Source: Eremomyces bilateralis CBS 781.70 (taxonomy: Eukaryota). From it: 64,000 bases of DNA. The notes beneath the pieces were generated by a model that saw nothing but the letters and a program-made list of their open reading frames with translations, made no database searches and was not told where the DNA came from. The DNA lies in the NCBI GenBank assembly GCA_010015585.1, contig ML975171.1; one strand, written 5' to 3'. Positions 12,103 to 27,362 of this stretch are shown one piece after another. Both the position numbers and the translations under genes were made by a program. How positions within the stretch are numbered: the first letter of the stretch is position 1; each line of letters opens with the position of its first letter.

Positions 12103-15100
12103 ATGCCTGGCCGCGTATCGGTGCGGAATTCCCGCCAATCGGCGGTTTCAAACCGAACATCGACCCAAGTACCCAGGTCCCGCGCCCCCTCCGCAAGAAC
12201 CTCTGCGCTTGCGACCGATATCCCAGATGAAGGCGCCTCGACCGATCTACGAGTACACATTTGCAGTATCTTCTCCGATGCGCAAAAGGGCACTGCGACC
12301 CAGAGAAAACTGGCCGTCAATCTGAGAAAGGTGCAGGAAGTTTGCTGTTACGAGGATGCCAGCTCGAAGCGGCACGGAGATCTGGAGGAGTTCGACGAGG
12401 AACAGTTCAATCAAGAGGTTGGGCGATGTGTCCTGCGGGTAATGGTAGTCAAGAAGAGCGAACCAATCGGGGATCGAATAGTCAGGTTTTTGACATTGTT
12501 CCTGAAATATGCGTCTGATAAAGGTATGGCTGTCTTCACTCCTCGTTGGCGCTGCTAATGAGGTATCTCAGACAACGCAATCGCACGGGGAGAAGATGGG
12601 GACGAAACCGTCTTCATGGAAACCCCAACGAGCCGCCTCGTATCACACATCATCTCACTCATCCTCCCATTACTCCTGACTAAGGACAAGGTGGTCCGCT
12701 TCCGCGCAACACAGATCATTGCACAGATCGTGAATACTCTCGATTCAATCGACGACGAATTGTTCCAGCTTCTGCGAATGGGCCTATTGAAGCGACTACG
12801 AGATAAGGAAAGCACAGTTCGAGTCCAGGCCGTACTTGGCCTCGGGCGACTTGCAGATGAGTCCGAAAATGGGCAAGACGATGAAGACAGTGACGACGAC
12901 TCTGCAGGGGGCGTGCTTGAGAAACTTTTGGATGTACTTCAACACGACCCCAGCGCAGACGTTCGACGTGCCTTGCTGCTCAACCTTCCATTTACCCCTG
13001 GGACACTTCCATATTTGCTAGAACGAGCGAGAGATTGCGATACTGGCACCAGGCGAGCCCTCTACTCTAGACTCCTCCCGGCACTGGGTGACTTCCGCCA
13101 TCTCTCACTCACGCATCGCGAAAAGCTGCTTCGATGGGGCCTGCGTGACCGAGACGAGAACGTCCGGAAGGCCACGGCGAGACTCTTCCGCGAGCGCTGG
13201 ATCGAAGACTGTGCAGGCCTGCAAGACGCGGCCGAAGCTGGGAATGGAGATCAAAACAAAGCAGCCGAACCAAGTTATGACGCGTTGCTAGAACTGTTGG
13301 AACGAATTGATATCATCAATTCCGGCGTTGAGGGTGGCATCGCCTTCGAGGCGATGAAGGAGTTCTGGGACGGGCGCCCTGACTATCGAGAACACATACG
13401 ATTCGAGGACAATTTTTGGGACGAGCTGACCCCCGAAAGCATGTTTGTTGCGCGAACATACAACCATTACTGTCGTCTAAACGATGACCGAAAGCTTATA
13501 AGTATGGTTGAAGACCGGATGCCCGAGGTGACCAAGTTCGCCTTCATCTTACAGAAGCATCTAAACCTGCTCTTAGAGAATGTCCAGCAGGTCGCGCTTG
13601 CTGCTGAAGAAGACGCCGACGTTGAAGATGATACAGTGCAGCAAGAGTTCTGCGTTGAGCAACTCCTACACATCGCCCTCACTCTCGACTACACCGACGA
13701 AATTGGACGGCGAAAGATGTTTGCGGTTATGAGAGAGGCGTTGGCGCTGGCAGAACTTCCGGAGGAATGTACCCGACTGGTGGTCGAGGTCCTTCGAGCC
13801 ATCTGTGGCAGCAGGCCGGAAGGGGAACGCGAATTCTGCGGTATCGTCCTCGAAGGTGTAGCCGAAGTCCATGACACGATCATGGGGGATGACGATGCGG
13901 ATGCATCTTTCCACTCTGCGCGATCTGCGCTCAGCGGTGACTCGACGCCAAAGGGGAAGAAATCGAGCGATGCTGGTTCAGACGTGGTTGATGAAGATAA
14001 GGCTATTCGGGAGATCATGGTGAACATGAAATGTCTCCACATTGCACAATGCATGCTTCAAAACGTGCAGTGCGATTTGGAGCAAAATGCCCATCTTGTC
14101 ACCATGTTGAACAACCTTGTGGTGCCCGCTGTCAGAAGCCAAGAGGCTCCAATCCGTGAGAGAGGCTTGGTCTGCCTTGGGTTGTGCTGCTTGCTTAGCA
14201 AGGTTCGTAGTCCCATTCAAGATATCGGAATCTCTACTTACATTCTCCAGGACTTGTCGGCCGAAAATTTGACATTATTCCTTCACTGCTTTACGAAGGG
14301 CCATGAAGCGCTTCAGACAATAGCGATCCAGATCATCTCAGATATACTGATGGCACATCCGTCACTACTAGGTCCCATGGCATTGACGGTCTCCCCATCA
14401 AAGAATGGGGACCCATCAGAGGACGCAAGCCAGCCCGTAAACCCCTTGTTGAAGCCCATCTACAAGATGTATTCACGGTCGCTAAAATTGGTGGACGCCG
14501 AGGTGCAGACCACCGGCGCTATCTCCCTTTCAAAGCTGATGCTTGCCTCAAGCATCACCGATATCGATCTGCTAAAGCAAATTGTTTTGGCGTACTTTGA
14601 TCCGGACACCCAGGCCAACCCTTCACTTCGTCAAGCTTTAACATACTTCATTCCGGTCTACTGCCACAGCCGACGGGTCAATTCGGAACGCATGGCGAAG
14701 ATTGCCGTATCTGTAGTCCATTCAATGGCTGAGCGCGCCGACGATCTGGATGAAGAAGAGGAGATGGTTGGCTTGAGCGTGGTGATCGCGCAGTTGGTGG
14801 ACTGGACCGATCCACGGAAGCTTGTCGATCTCAGTGGTCGCACTGATGACAAGGATAGCCAGAGTGGCAGTGCTCATGCGATCCTAGCAGAGGAGATCCT
14901 CGAGAAGGTCCTTACGCCAGGATGTAGTAGTAAGTGGCCTTTATCCGGGTATAATAGATTTGAAGGCTAATCCGGGAAACAGGGGAAGAGAAGAAATCCT
15001 TGTTTTCCATGCTTGGGAAGTTATATATCAACCCGGGCACGCCAGCAACGACGGCACAAGAACTGTCTGACCTCGTGAACGAGGCGTTGGAGATGCGCTC

Positions 15101-15410
15101 ACTGGAGACAACGGCGAAGAACGCACTGAACAAGCTCCAAACTACCCTTGGCAAGATCCTGGCACGCGCCGAATCCTCGTCTGAGGAGCGAGCCGATGGA
15201 GGGATCGATTTCGTCGAGGCATCCACAATCACCCCTCAGCAAGGGACCTCCCCTCAGCAAGGGACCCCCCCCCAGCAAGGGACTCCCCCTCATGAAGGGA
15301 CTTCGATTGTAATGGAGATGGATGAACCGGAAGATGCAACACGGCAGCTTGAAGAGGACTCGGTTTTGGACAGTCTTCTTGAAGATGAGGGGACCGTTCA
15401 CTTTGATTGA
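12103..15410 (+). CDS. YCG1: Condensin HEAT-repeat subunit Cnd3/Ycg1 (CAP-G), 4 exons
   Basis: HEAT-like helices, KDKVVRFRATQ, LQHDPSADVRR, LLERARD, DYTDEIGRRKM, QALTYFIPVY, LVDWTDPRK; introns 12524-12571, 14203-14250 and ~14930-14982. Confidence 0.9.
15231..15302 (+). repeat. 18-bp coding tandem repeat, ~4 copies (TPQQGTSPQQGTPPQQGTPPHEGT)
   Basis: Unit cc(t/c)ca(g/t)(c/g)aagggac repeated directly in the sequence. Confidence 0.9.
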
Positions 15411-16668
15411 TGGGCTAATGGCTGACTGGCAACAAACCACAACTGGAATATGGCGTTGGAATGGGCTGATGACGACATGTATTTCTTGGTCACATATATT
15501 GTTCGGCATAAACCTAGCTGGCAATGGTATGACTTGTTCGTAACGGAGTGCATTGCCCCAGTCTTCTTGTATCTTAATACTTCATCTTTGCCGGATTGAC
15601 CGACGGGTTCAGATCCCGGTTTTTACTTCTATCCGGACGAATTCCCCGACCCCGGATCAATAAACTAGGCCTCCTGGTCGTGTCACGATCGGAAGAAGCT
15701 CGGCAGCGGCCTCGCAGACGTCAAGCCGCATTCCTTGTATGGGGAGCTCTGAAGCTAATGGAGGGGAATTGCTGTCTGATCGTGCCATGTCTTTGCCATC
15801 CATATCCTGGTCTGCGGATGTACTCCACGGCATGTACTCCCATCAATTCACCCGGAACTTACTGAATACGGCACGGTGCTGATCCCCCGGTCACGGGATT
15901 GGTACTCACTAGGTACTCAAACATAGCAAACAGCGGTACCAAAGACACCAGAAAGATGAACGTTGAAATGAGGCGGATACTTAGGGAAGGGTATTTGCAT
16001 CATCAGTACGGGGGCCTACAGCTTGGGTGATCATCACATGCCAACAATAATATTAATATTAATGTCAAGTAGATAGGTAGTCCTCTAACGTCCTCTCCCC
16101 TTGACTAGACCTACACTGGGCACATCTGGATGGAGATCTTCCGTTCTCCTCCTAACAACTCAATTTTTCCGACAATAAGCCGCAGAATCGCCTATTGTAT
16201 GGAAAAAGTGCTTGCTACCTGCGGCTAGAATGCAAAAGTGCAACATGGTTGATTTGATTCCTACACCCGTTCGGGCCAACCTCGGTCGGCCCACGTGGGG
16301 AGTGCAACATAGGCATGGTCTTACCCCAGCCGGCGATTTTTTATCCATGTTCCCTTCGACAGATAGGTGGGAAGGACTGCAAATTGACCTGGAGCAGCGA
16401 ATTGTATTGCCCAGTTCTAAAATGTTCCCGACATTCAACCGGCTTGAGGGGTTGGGATCGTCAACGTGTCACAAGAGCACTTTCAGGAGTGTTTGCTGCC
16501 AGCGACTGCGTTGAGCCGCTCCTAATGGACAAGGCGGTGTCATGCAGTAAATCGCGGCATGCCTCTTTAAAAAGCTAATTAAATGGGTTGTCGGCCGCCA
16601 GGACTGGATGGTTGGCATTTATCCACGCCTTGCTGGTTGTTTCTTCGTAATTTAGATCCTGCCTTTCA

Positions 16669-16676
16669 TATAAAAG
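16669..16676 (+). promoter_or_regulatory. Putative TATA box of the GH1 gene
   Basis: TATAAAAG about 80 nt upstream of ATG 16752. Confidence 0.5.
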
Positions 16677-16751
16677 CGTGAGATTTCGCTGCCTTCAAGG
16701 CAGAGATTCTGTCCTTGTCAGCTCATTTCCAAACATTACAACTTTATCAAA

Positions 16752-18410
<1,659 letters not shown>

Positions 18411-21400
18411 ATCGGTGACAAATGGCTGAATGAGGACAATGATAGCTATTTGATGGCCCTGGCTTTGGAATCCACCAATAGTCATGCCAGAATAGCGTAT
18501 TAACATATGCGTTCCGGGGTTTTGGAAATGTGGTACAGAGGAGGTGGCGTAAAGCCCCCTTCAGGTTGGAACAAAGAATCGTCGTTAGCGAAGTGAGATA
18601 TCTAACCCTTATGACAGGGCGTCAGCTCGTTTCCAATCGAATTATCGAACAGATGGATTACGAGAGAATCGGACCGGTGTGCAGGACCATGACCATGTGA
18701 GCGGCCATCAACCTCGTCTACGTAATAGTTTCCTGGTGACATCCTCTCGTTACAGTTACGAACTTACAATGTCTCATTGTGGCTTCGAGGTATGACCGCC
18801 ACTACTGCACATCATTGGCACAGCAGCTCGCTCCTCGCGTGGCGAACGGACAACCTGGGATATCAACATGAATCAACCATCCTTCCGGTATGAAGGGTTG
18901 CGATCCCCATTGGCAGTGGCAAACAGTCCTCCGCTCATGACACAACACCCTTCAGTGTATCCGGGACCTGCCGCCGTGCCGAATCCGATCCAAGGTGCAT
19001 AGGATTTCTCTACGATGGGTGAGCTACAAGGTCCAAATTTCTGTCGGGCCGATTCCTCATTTTATGTTGTCACTTTGCCTGTTGTTTCCATGCTTTTTTT
19101 GGGCGCTATCATATATTGAACTTTGAACCAATGAAATAGAGAAGGATACGCATGTACTCCGATTTCCGAACATATTAAAGTGGCGTCCGTGAGGCGTGAA
19201 TGAATGATGGTTGGGTATGGTCCCGGGAGATTGGACCCAGGCGCCAGGCCTTTGGTTGTTGGAATTCGTATAAATTATATTGTAGTTACCAGTAATACCG
19301 CTCTGAACCTATCTGATAGGCAGTGGCCAGTATCGTAGCCACAACCCAATGCACCGGTACAGTGGGGGGCGGAGATTTATCATCCTTTCAGGTTCTCCAT
19401 GAAGACATTTGTGATTTGACAAACAGGTTTGCCAGTTGATGACTTGATCCCAACATGTGCAAGTATAGGCAGTGTGCCACTCCACTAAGGCCTCGTACTT
19501 ACTCTTTTTAACTAGCGAGAACCCTTGGTAGATCATTCCAATTGATGATCTTGCATCTCAAATTGTCAGCATCTGGTGGAAGGTAGGGATGATCTGTGAA
19601 TTCCTGCAGGTGCACGATTAGAGACGCCCTCATATCAGGGGGCAATGGTCAGCATAGCCAATAGGCTATTGGGGCAGGTTATTTTCCTGAGTTGGTATTT
19701 AGGCCCGAATACATGACAAATCATGGAATCTGAGGTAGAGATCGTGAGGCGAACAGAGGACTCTGCCGTCGTTCAGTATGGTGAAGAAGTGAAGATCTCT
19801 TGCCGAAAATTAGACTGGACGCCCAAGTACGGTAGAACCATCAACAGGCCATGATTTCGAGGCTCCCATCTGGGGTGCCTTATGCAACCTGGATGTGTTT
19901 GCTCGTTTCCCAGCCCCAGACCAATGGAGTGCGCTTCCATGAATCTGGAGACTGGGAAGGATTGATACGATGATGTTGCGTTGGGAGAACGAATAGTGCA
20001 TACAACTGAGACTGTTGAGGAAACAAAGAAAACTTGGTCCTAGGTTGTCGTTGCGAAAAGAGTAAAGAAGAATTTTGGGATGGAGAAAATTCCGGTACAC
20101 CAACCCAGTGAACAGGATGGCCCGAAGCGCCTCTTAGGCCGCTTAGCCGCACCCATAAGACGATCGCTAAAGCCTAAAACTGCAGAGGAGAGACGCCCAC
20201 AGACCTGATTATTGCCCCGCTTGCTGCAAAGCTGCACCTATGACCTATCGCCGGTGACGTGCATAATTTCTGTCAGTGCTGTCGGTGCTTTTGATTAACC
20301 TTCGTCCCTCACCCTATCGGTAGCTTTACACACCACCCGTCCATCATCTTTACTACCACATGAATGATGACGGAGGAGAGACATGGCCTGATCTCCAGCT
20401 GCATGGCTTGATTTTCAGGCTTGATTTGCACCGGAGGCGGACGCTGTGACAATATCTGTAATTACGGAGTACGTATCCAGGTGTCATCGCTCCATCGTAT
20501 GCGCAAACGACGCAAAATTGACAACGGCGAAAGGATTCCTGAGTTAATCAGTACGTACAATTCCTTTGATTGCCTCTGGTGCCTGGAACCGGTCATTCTT
20601 ATGCTGATGCGGGATAGTCATGGCTCTAGACATTCAGCATCTGGCTTCAGATTCGTGAGGTTGTTCATCCGCTCCTCTGATTCGTTCACACCGAAATCCT
20701 GCTTCTTCCTCACCACCCTTTGAACAATTTCGAATATTTGAATCAAAGCTACCGATTGATTGAGTGCTACCTAACCATCTTTTAACATTCCCTCGAATGT
20801 ATGTGATGATCATTCGGCCCACCGCTCTAACGGTTTACCGGAGGTTGTGTAAGAGTAGATTGTGAATTGCATTGTTGAATGCTGGTGTAATTATATGGAG
20901 TATCATTCACGTATCTTGCCTCCTGCCACAATCGCCTGAAGCTAGTGGTCGCGTGGTCGCCCTGAGGACGCCACAGGAAACAATCGACTGATATATCACG
21001 AATGGCATCTTTCTGGACTCCGTACTGATAAATGCATGGTCACTAGGTTCGGGCTACGGAGAGGTATGGGCCGAAAGTGCGGATTGGCAAACAGTCTGCG
21101 ACCAAATCAAGAGCATGGGAGCACGAAACACGTTCTCGATCTGGGGGCAGCGTTATTCGTTGGGTTCGCAAGGTTAGCAGATGGTGAGTTGAGAACTTGC
21201 TCGATTCTTCTTCCACCATGGCCAGCAGGACATAATGCCATGTTGATTCTGGCTCTGTGCTTCAACTTTCTAAAGAAAGTTGATTCCATAGTCCATTGGG
21301 GGATTGTTTGCCGTTTAATATTGGATGGAACCGCGCGTCCACAGGTTTTTCTACCTAGGGACTGGTCACCAGTGAGGCGAAGATCAATTGGCATTTAGTC

Positions 21401-24400
21401 TATGAGGCACACTCCAAAGGAATGGGATCATGCTCAAGTTTCCGAGTAAGATGCTAAAGGCCTGATATCAGGACTCAGGACTCAGGAACAACCCAATAAT
21501 CAAAGATGACCCGCATGGCTGCATTGTACCTAGCGGTGCCTGGTGAGTAGTAATCTGATAGTGCTGAAATTCCTGTCTTTGTCGATCGATCATCAATTAG
21601 GGAGCTCCTGAATCCTGCGTCCTGGCCCTGGGGAACTATCTAACTATGCACCCCTAGTTAGGCCCTAACCCAGCTAAGGTCAAAGAGCGGCAGATCGACT
21701 ACGGTCTAACCAATTGCCCCAATTCTCCACTCCACCCCTCAGAAATAGAGGTAAAGGATCATGGAGAATCTTGTTGCATACTCCGCAGTGAGTTGAGAGA
21801 TTCAGCTTTCTGAGGGTCAAGACAATAGGTCTCGGATCTTTGCTGGCGACTGTGCCGTACAGATGCGTTCGGCAATCGGCATGGGCAGCGGCTGTACAAT
21901 CAAAAGTCATCCTATCTATGCTTTCAAATTTGAACCGGTGAACGGCAATCCAAAAAACCCAAATATTCTGGATCCCCCGGATAGCGTGGAATCGACCGTT
22001 CGCGCTAATATTACACATGTGCGAGAAATCCACTGGCATCAACCGTTAGGACTTCAGCATCAGCATTCAGCCTTCAGCAAGTGCACCCGATCTGAGCCAC
22101 GACGAGAAGAGGATCGGCCAGACGAGATCGCCGAAAGATGCCGATTGGATTACGGTTCGTCGCAATGCAAAATGTCTTCATTATCTAAGCGCAAAGACGA
22201 CTAAGTCATTCCCACTCCTCGACTAGAAGCATTGAAAAGGGCACGGCGTGAGGGTTCGATTTGCTGCGTTGAACCGGAATTGGCATGGAAAAGGAAGCAT
22301 ATAGAGTCTTGAACATGTTGGTGTTACTACTAATACTATTTGGTGCGCGGCTCAACCCACGAAGTATCAAGTACCGCAGACCGCCGGAACTGAGCCCGGA
22401 ATTTTTAGCCCGTGAGCAATTCGCAATGCGGCAAACCACGAAGCCTCTGGACTGGTGGAGTAAAATCGAGGCCGAAACTCCGACACTGGTCTTCGGTCTT
22501 CTAAAATTCACTAAAAGCGCGGAACAGCATCCCCGAGGTGGATCATACCAGGTACAGGCTACAGCAGCGAAGTGTGCTTAACTCGTACCAGGTATTAGGC
22601 TATTAGCGGAAACATTTAGTATCATAAATTCATAAGGTGAGGCGCACCGGACCGTCTCAACAATGGGCACCTTGTTGAAGGAATTGCTGACCAGTGCTTG
22701 CGATATCCAGACCTCTCCACACTTTCGTTCTGGGTAATTCTATCCTGATTCCTGCAGATACTCTGCCCCAATGTCGCTCTAGAAACTTTGGATGGCGTCC
22801 GGCGGCCAAGAGAAGCGCTGGACAGACTCACTCAATTATCTTCCCTAGAACCACAAAATGGAATCCCTTGAGGAAATGGAGATGGACGCACTGGCCCGTT
22901 TTCTCTTACCCGGTGTTTTATGCTTAGGAATGTCAGCAATCAGTTGTTCTCATTTCTCAAATCGCATCGAATCCTGGTTCCTCGATTCAGCCACGACTCC
23001 CACGAGCCGTCGAGCCCTGTTCAAGACACACCGGAGTTCGACTCGTCCACGCGAGCTGCTGGGAAACGATCAACAACCTGAGCAATGACGCAGCGTCTTC
23101 CAACTTCACATCCGAGGTACCGCATACTGCGTACAACCCGCACCTCGCAAAGCAGAGTCGGCTCCAGCAACAGTGTGGGAGATGATGCCTGAACCTATTG
23201 GACCTCAGTTGAGTTTGAACTTAATAGTACAAAAATATTGCCTGATGGTCGATAACCTACCTAAACGAGGGGACCAGACCCCCTCTGATCGCCGAGAAAG
23301 ATCCAAAATGAGAGTTGGTCGAGAAACAGCCCGAACCCCCCAAATCCCAGTGTCGAGAATCGAGATACCAGGACTTCAGGTGGTGGACGCAAGAGAGCCA
23401 GCGGCAGGGGTGGGCGTTGGGGGTGCGTCAGTCGAGGCCTCGTAGTGGCCCGGGCAGCGTCAGGGAGAAGCCAGTAATTTGGCACCTGGTACCCCGAGGC
23501 CATGGAGAGGGAGCTGCCGCAAGCCCGCCGTAACCGCATCCTGGAGTCATGGCCATCCCCCGGCGGTCGCACGTCGTACATACCATACGGCGGACAGCAG
23601 TTTACGCTCCCTCAGAATTCACACCTTCACAAGTTCACAGTTCATGCATCCACGATACTACTGGTCTACGGATGACGGGGTAAGTCCCGGGTCATCGCCT
23701 CCGAGCAACTCTAGCTTCTGTCGGAGGTAAATAGGTTACAGTGCTATTACCCAGTATGTCCAAGGCTCCAAGCTAACCTTTCCGTGGACCGCCTCCCTGG
23801 GGCCTTTGGAAGTCAGTACTCTATTTGTCTGCCCGCAAGAAATCTCCTAGTCCCTAGAACCGCGAGTGCTATTAACTCCACGCTTGTGGCCTGCTATGGT
23901 GCGGCATCTCCATTCCCTCCCTGTTAGTGCTCCTTGGCGCTGTCAGGGACTCAGGGCATTTCCAGGGCGACAACCCCACCCCAACAGTGGGAGTCAGCAT
24001 GGATGACTCTGCATTAATAATTCACGATGCTAGGTATTATTATTGTGTGAACCAAAGCTCCATGAATGTTAGGGCCGTCCCTCCTCTGTTACATCTAGTC
24101 CTCCTGGTTCTTAGTTCGTAAGGGACATCCGGCCAGAAAGTGTAACCTCCCTCGACATCATTATTCCTTATCATGGCGCTGAGCAATCGCTTCGTGGATC
24201 TGCGATGATCTGCTCCTGAGTCCTGAGGACCCAGGCCTGTTTCGAGGTAAATATGGCCAGCCTTGAATCTTGATGCATAATTTCTCTCCAGACTCGGGAT
24301 GCATGGCGGCAATAGCGCACAAACCTCCTGCTAACTTAGTGCGCCCCTCACCCCCGCAGGTCTTCTGGATGTCTCCTCTACGGCTCTACCGTTGGACTCA

Positions 24401-25338
24401 GATCCTTGTCAGTATCCTCCTTGAACCCAGGACTGAATACAGTTTAGGGTCCGGCATTTTCTATCCATGGTTGCGGCATCATCGATGGCGGTCTGTCCTG
24501 CGGCCCGTCCGTCTCCTGTGTCCCACACGGGAGTCTTATCAAGTTCCTTAATCCTTGGCTCTATTCAACAGAGGACTGAGGTAATTAAGGGTGACCGACT
24601 GACCGTATTTACCTGGTCAATACGGAATACCCATTACCCAGTATCATTCTTGACAATGCTAACATTACCCCAATGGATGGGCCCGACCATCAGTGTCTAG
24701 CGTCCACTGTCCAGGGTTCCAGACATGTACACAACCTTCGATCAAGCCTAGTTCATACAATCTCCCACCAGAACAAGCCATCATACCTCGTACCTCATTC
24801 TTTCGACCAACACTGGGCTTCACACCTTCACGGCTTCACCCCACCCACATTTGAGTGACATTCCACACTCGCTACCTCTCATCAACACTGACTCTGATCA
24901 TGTATTTGGTGGTGTGGTACTCCTTCGACGGTTCGACATTCGTATCCCATCGGTTCATATATCTCCGCCTCGTCCCCTATGTATCGATTTTGCATTAATC
25001 TCGATCACCCTTCGATACCGGGCGAACTGTTGATTGAACCCAAAAGTGCCAATCTTGTCAAAGTTGTCAGACATTGAGACCTAGCGCAGCCATTGATCAG
25101 ATCCCTACCCACTTTACATGGTGATACTGCCTTCCCACGTTCCCATATTAAGGTTCTCGCTTCCAGCAGTTTGGAACGGGAACAGCCAGACCCCATCAGC
25201 AGGCTCACTGCTTCAGCTTTGTTATTTCCCTCGCTTCTGACCTTCTATCGCTCATCTACCAACTTTACCGACGTTCCACTACTCCACCTCCACCTCCCAC
25301 CCACACGGTAACCCTCTTGTCTCGTCGTCTTTCTCCTC

Positions 25339-26924
25339 ATGCTGTCCATACAGCTTCCGGGTCCTCCGAGCAACCATTACTACGGCTTCAGCATGGATAT
25401 CCCTCCGCTGTCGAACGTATCCGCTCAACCCCTTCGGAAACCCGTTTACACCCCAAGTTTTGGTCGTTCCACCGCTTCCGCCGACTCTGAATCCAGAGGT
25501 GCTTCGTTTCCTCCTCGCGGGAACAGCAGACCGATTTCTACGACTCCCGGAGCCAAACGCCGTGCTTCTCGCGCTGGGACTCGTTCTGTCTCGACATTGT
25601 CGGCGGCCCAGCTCGAACGCAAACGCGCAAACGACCGGGAAGCCCAGCGTGCCATCCGCCAGCGTACCAAGGACCAACTTGAGAGCTTGCAGCGCCGTAT
25701 CGATGAGCTTACGAGCGGCGACGACAACAATGCGAAGTTCATGCAAGCACTACGACGAAATGAGGAGCTAGAGCAAGAAAACGTGATGCTTCGAAGAAGC
25801 CTAAACCAGGCGGTAGGGGCTTTGCAAGACCATGGAGGTGAGTACTTTACTGCTTGCGAATTTCATTTATAAACGTTCTAGAAGTTGTTCTTTTGACCAA
25901 AATTCCCGAATGCACTGGTTCGACTGAAGTTTGTTGCTCTTGCAGGTTGCTTTTGGCGGGTGCTGTGTAACGTCGCGCCAGTGGCGGCTCGATACCAGTG
26001 TGTCGGTTTTCGTATGTCGTGTAACCACGGGCGGTCCGATCCCCAAATTGCGTCTCCGCATTCTCATATATTACTGGGAACAACTGTTCTTTAGTTTTTC
26101 TAGAAGTGCTGTTTACTTTTTCGACAATTTCCATTCCTATCCTCTCCTGAATCAGATGAATTCACGATGTTCTCCACACTTTCTGTCCGTCCCTAGCGTT
26201 CCCGCTTCCGCTCCGCTCACATTGAACAGGTATCCCGACTGATGGAATGCTCACTCCCGGGGGACACACTCCAACCGAGCGAATTCCGCCGAATATCCAT
26301 TCTCGGACCTCTCCAACCGCTTCTCAGCAATCCCCCCCGTCTTCGACAACAACCAGTGCTGGTCCACCTCCTCTCACCACCCAACCGGAACCATGGCCTA
26401 CCCATCACGCTCCCGCCTACCAACCACAAACCCCCTCCAGTATCGCAAACTCCCCCGCTGTCCCTTCGCTCACGGCCGCGTCGCACTCCGTCGGTCACCC
26501 TCAGCAGCACCAACCACCCCCAAATGCTCACCCTCACCCCTCATGGCCGATGGTCCCGGCACCCGTGTGTACGCCGGACGACAGGCCCCTCAATCCCAAC
26601 CCCGCCGCTGGCTATCCGTACGCGATGGATCCCTCCACGACGACTATGCACTTTCACCCACCCCATCCGGATCAGCAGCCACTACCCTACCACGACAATC
26701 CACCTCCCCCACCAAACATCGCCCCTGGCCAGGAGTACCAGCAACGACCCCCACCTATGAGTGGCCCTTTGCCCGGTCCCTATGCTCAGTATCAGGGTTA
26801 TATCTCGCCAGTGTCCCATCCCGCAGAGGCAGCCCAAGGGCTATCGATGATGGGAAGGGCGGGTGGTATGAACAACGGACACATGATGTATAATGGAATG
26901 GGTGGCGACGTCAAGCAAGAGTAG
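25339..26924 (+). CDS. bZIP transcription factor with Pro/His/Gln-rich C-terminus (start may be 25339 or 25393)
   Basis: Basic region QLERKRANDREAQRAIRQRTK followed by a leucine zipper; phase-compatible intron 25838-26229 joins to the frame of ORF 26247-26924. Confidence 0.85.
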
Positions 26925-27362
26925 TGAATCACTACGGGCAAGAATTAGCATCACTGACACAATCGAGGTGCTCGGTCCATCGCCATGTTCAGATGGGACA
27001 GTCGGTCGGCAGGCTCAGTTCCGGTGGAGAAGAACAGGATTGTCACGACGGGATGAACATGACAAACACTCAGCAAGGGGAGCGATTCGGGTTGCAACGA
27101 CATCCCGCACATGGGATTGCTTCACCCGTACGTATGTAACAAAACGTACATACCGTTGATGGAGCTGTGGGAAGAAGACTACCTACACCATAGGTATAGT
27201 ACTGTGTGGGCAGGGAGGGAAACTGGTGCTTGTAGAGTTGCTTGGAGAATCGACACTCATAACGCGTTTGATTCAAGCTCTCGTCAGAGCGAATCTTCCG
27301 AATGCCTATGAGAGCTCCATCTGCGGCAACTTTCCTTCACAGCGCCGGTCGTGGCGAGGAAT

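Noticed and set aside
21650..21680. Telomere-like CCCTAA fragments (also the CCCTGA repeat at ~40980)
   Set aside because: Too few and too degenerate to indicate an interstitial telomere
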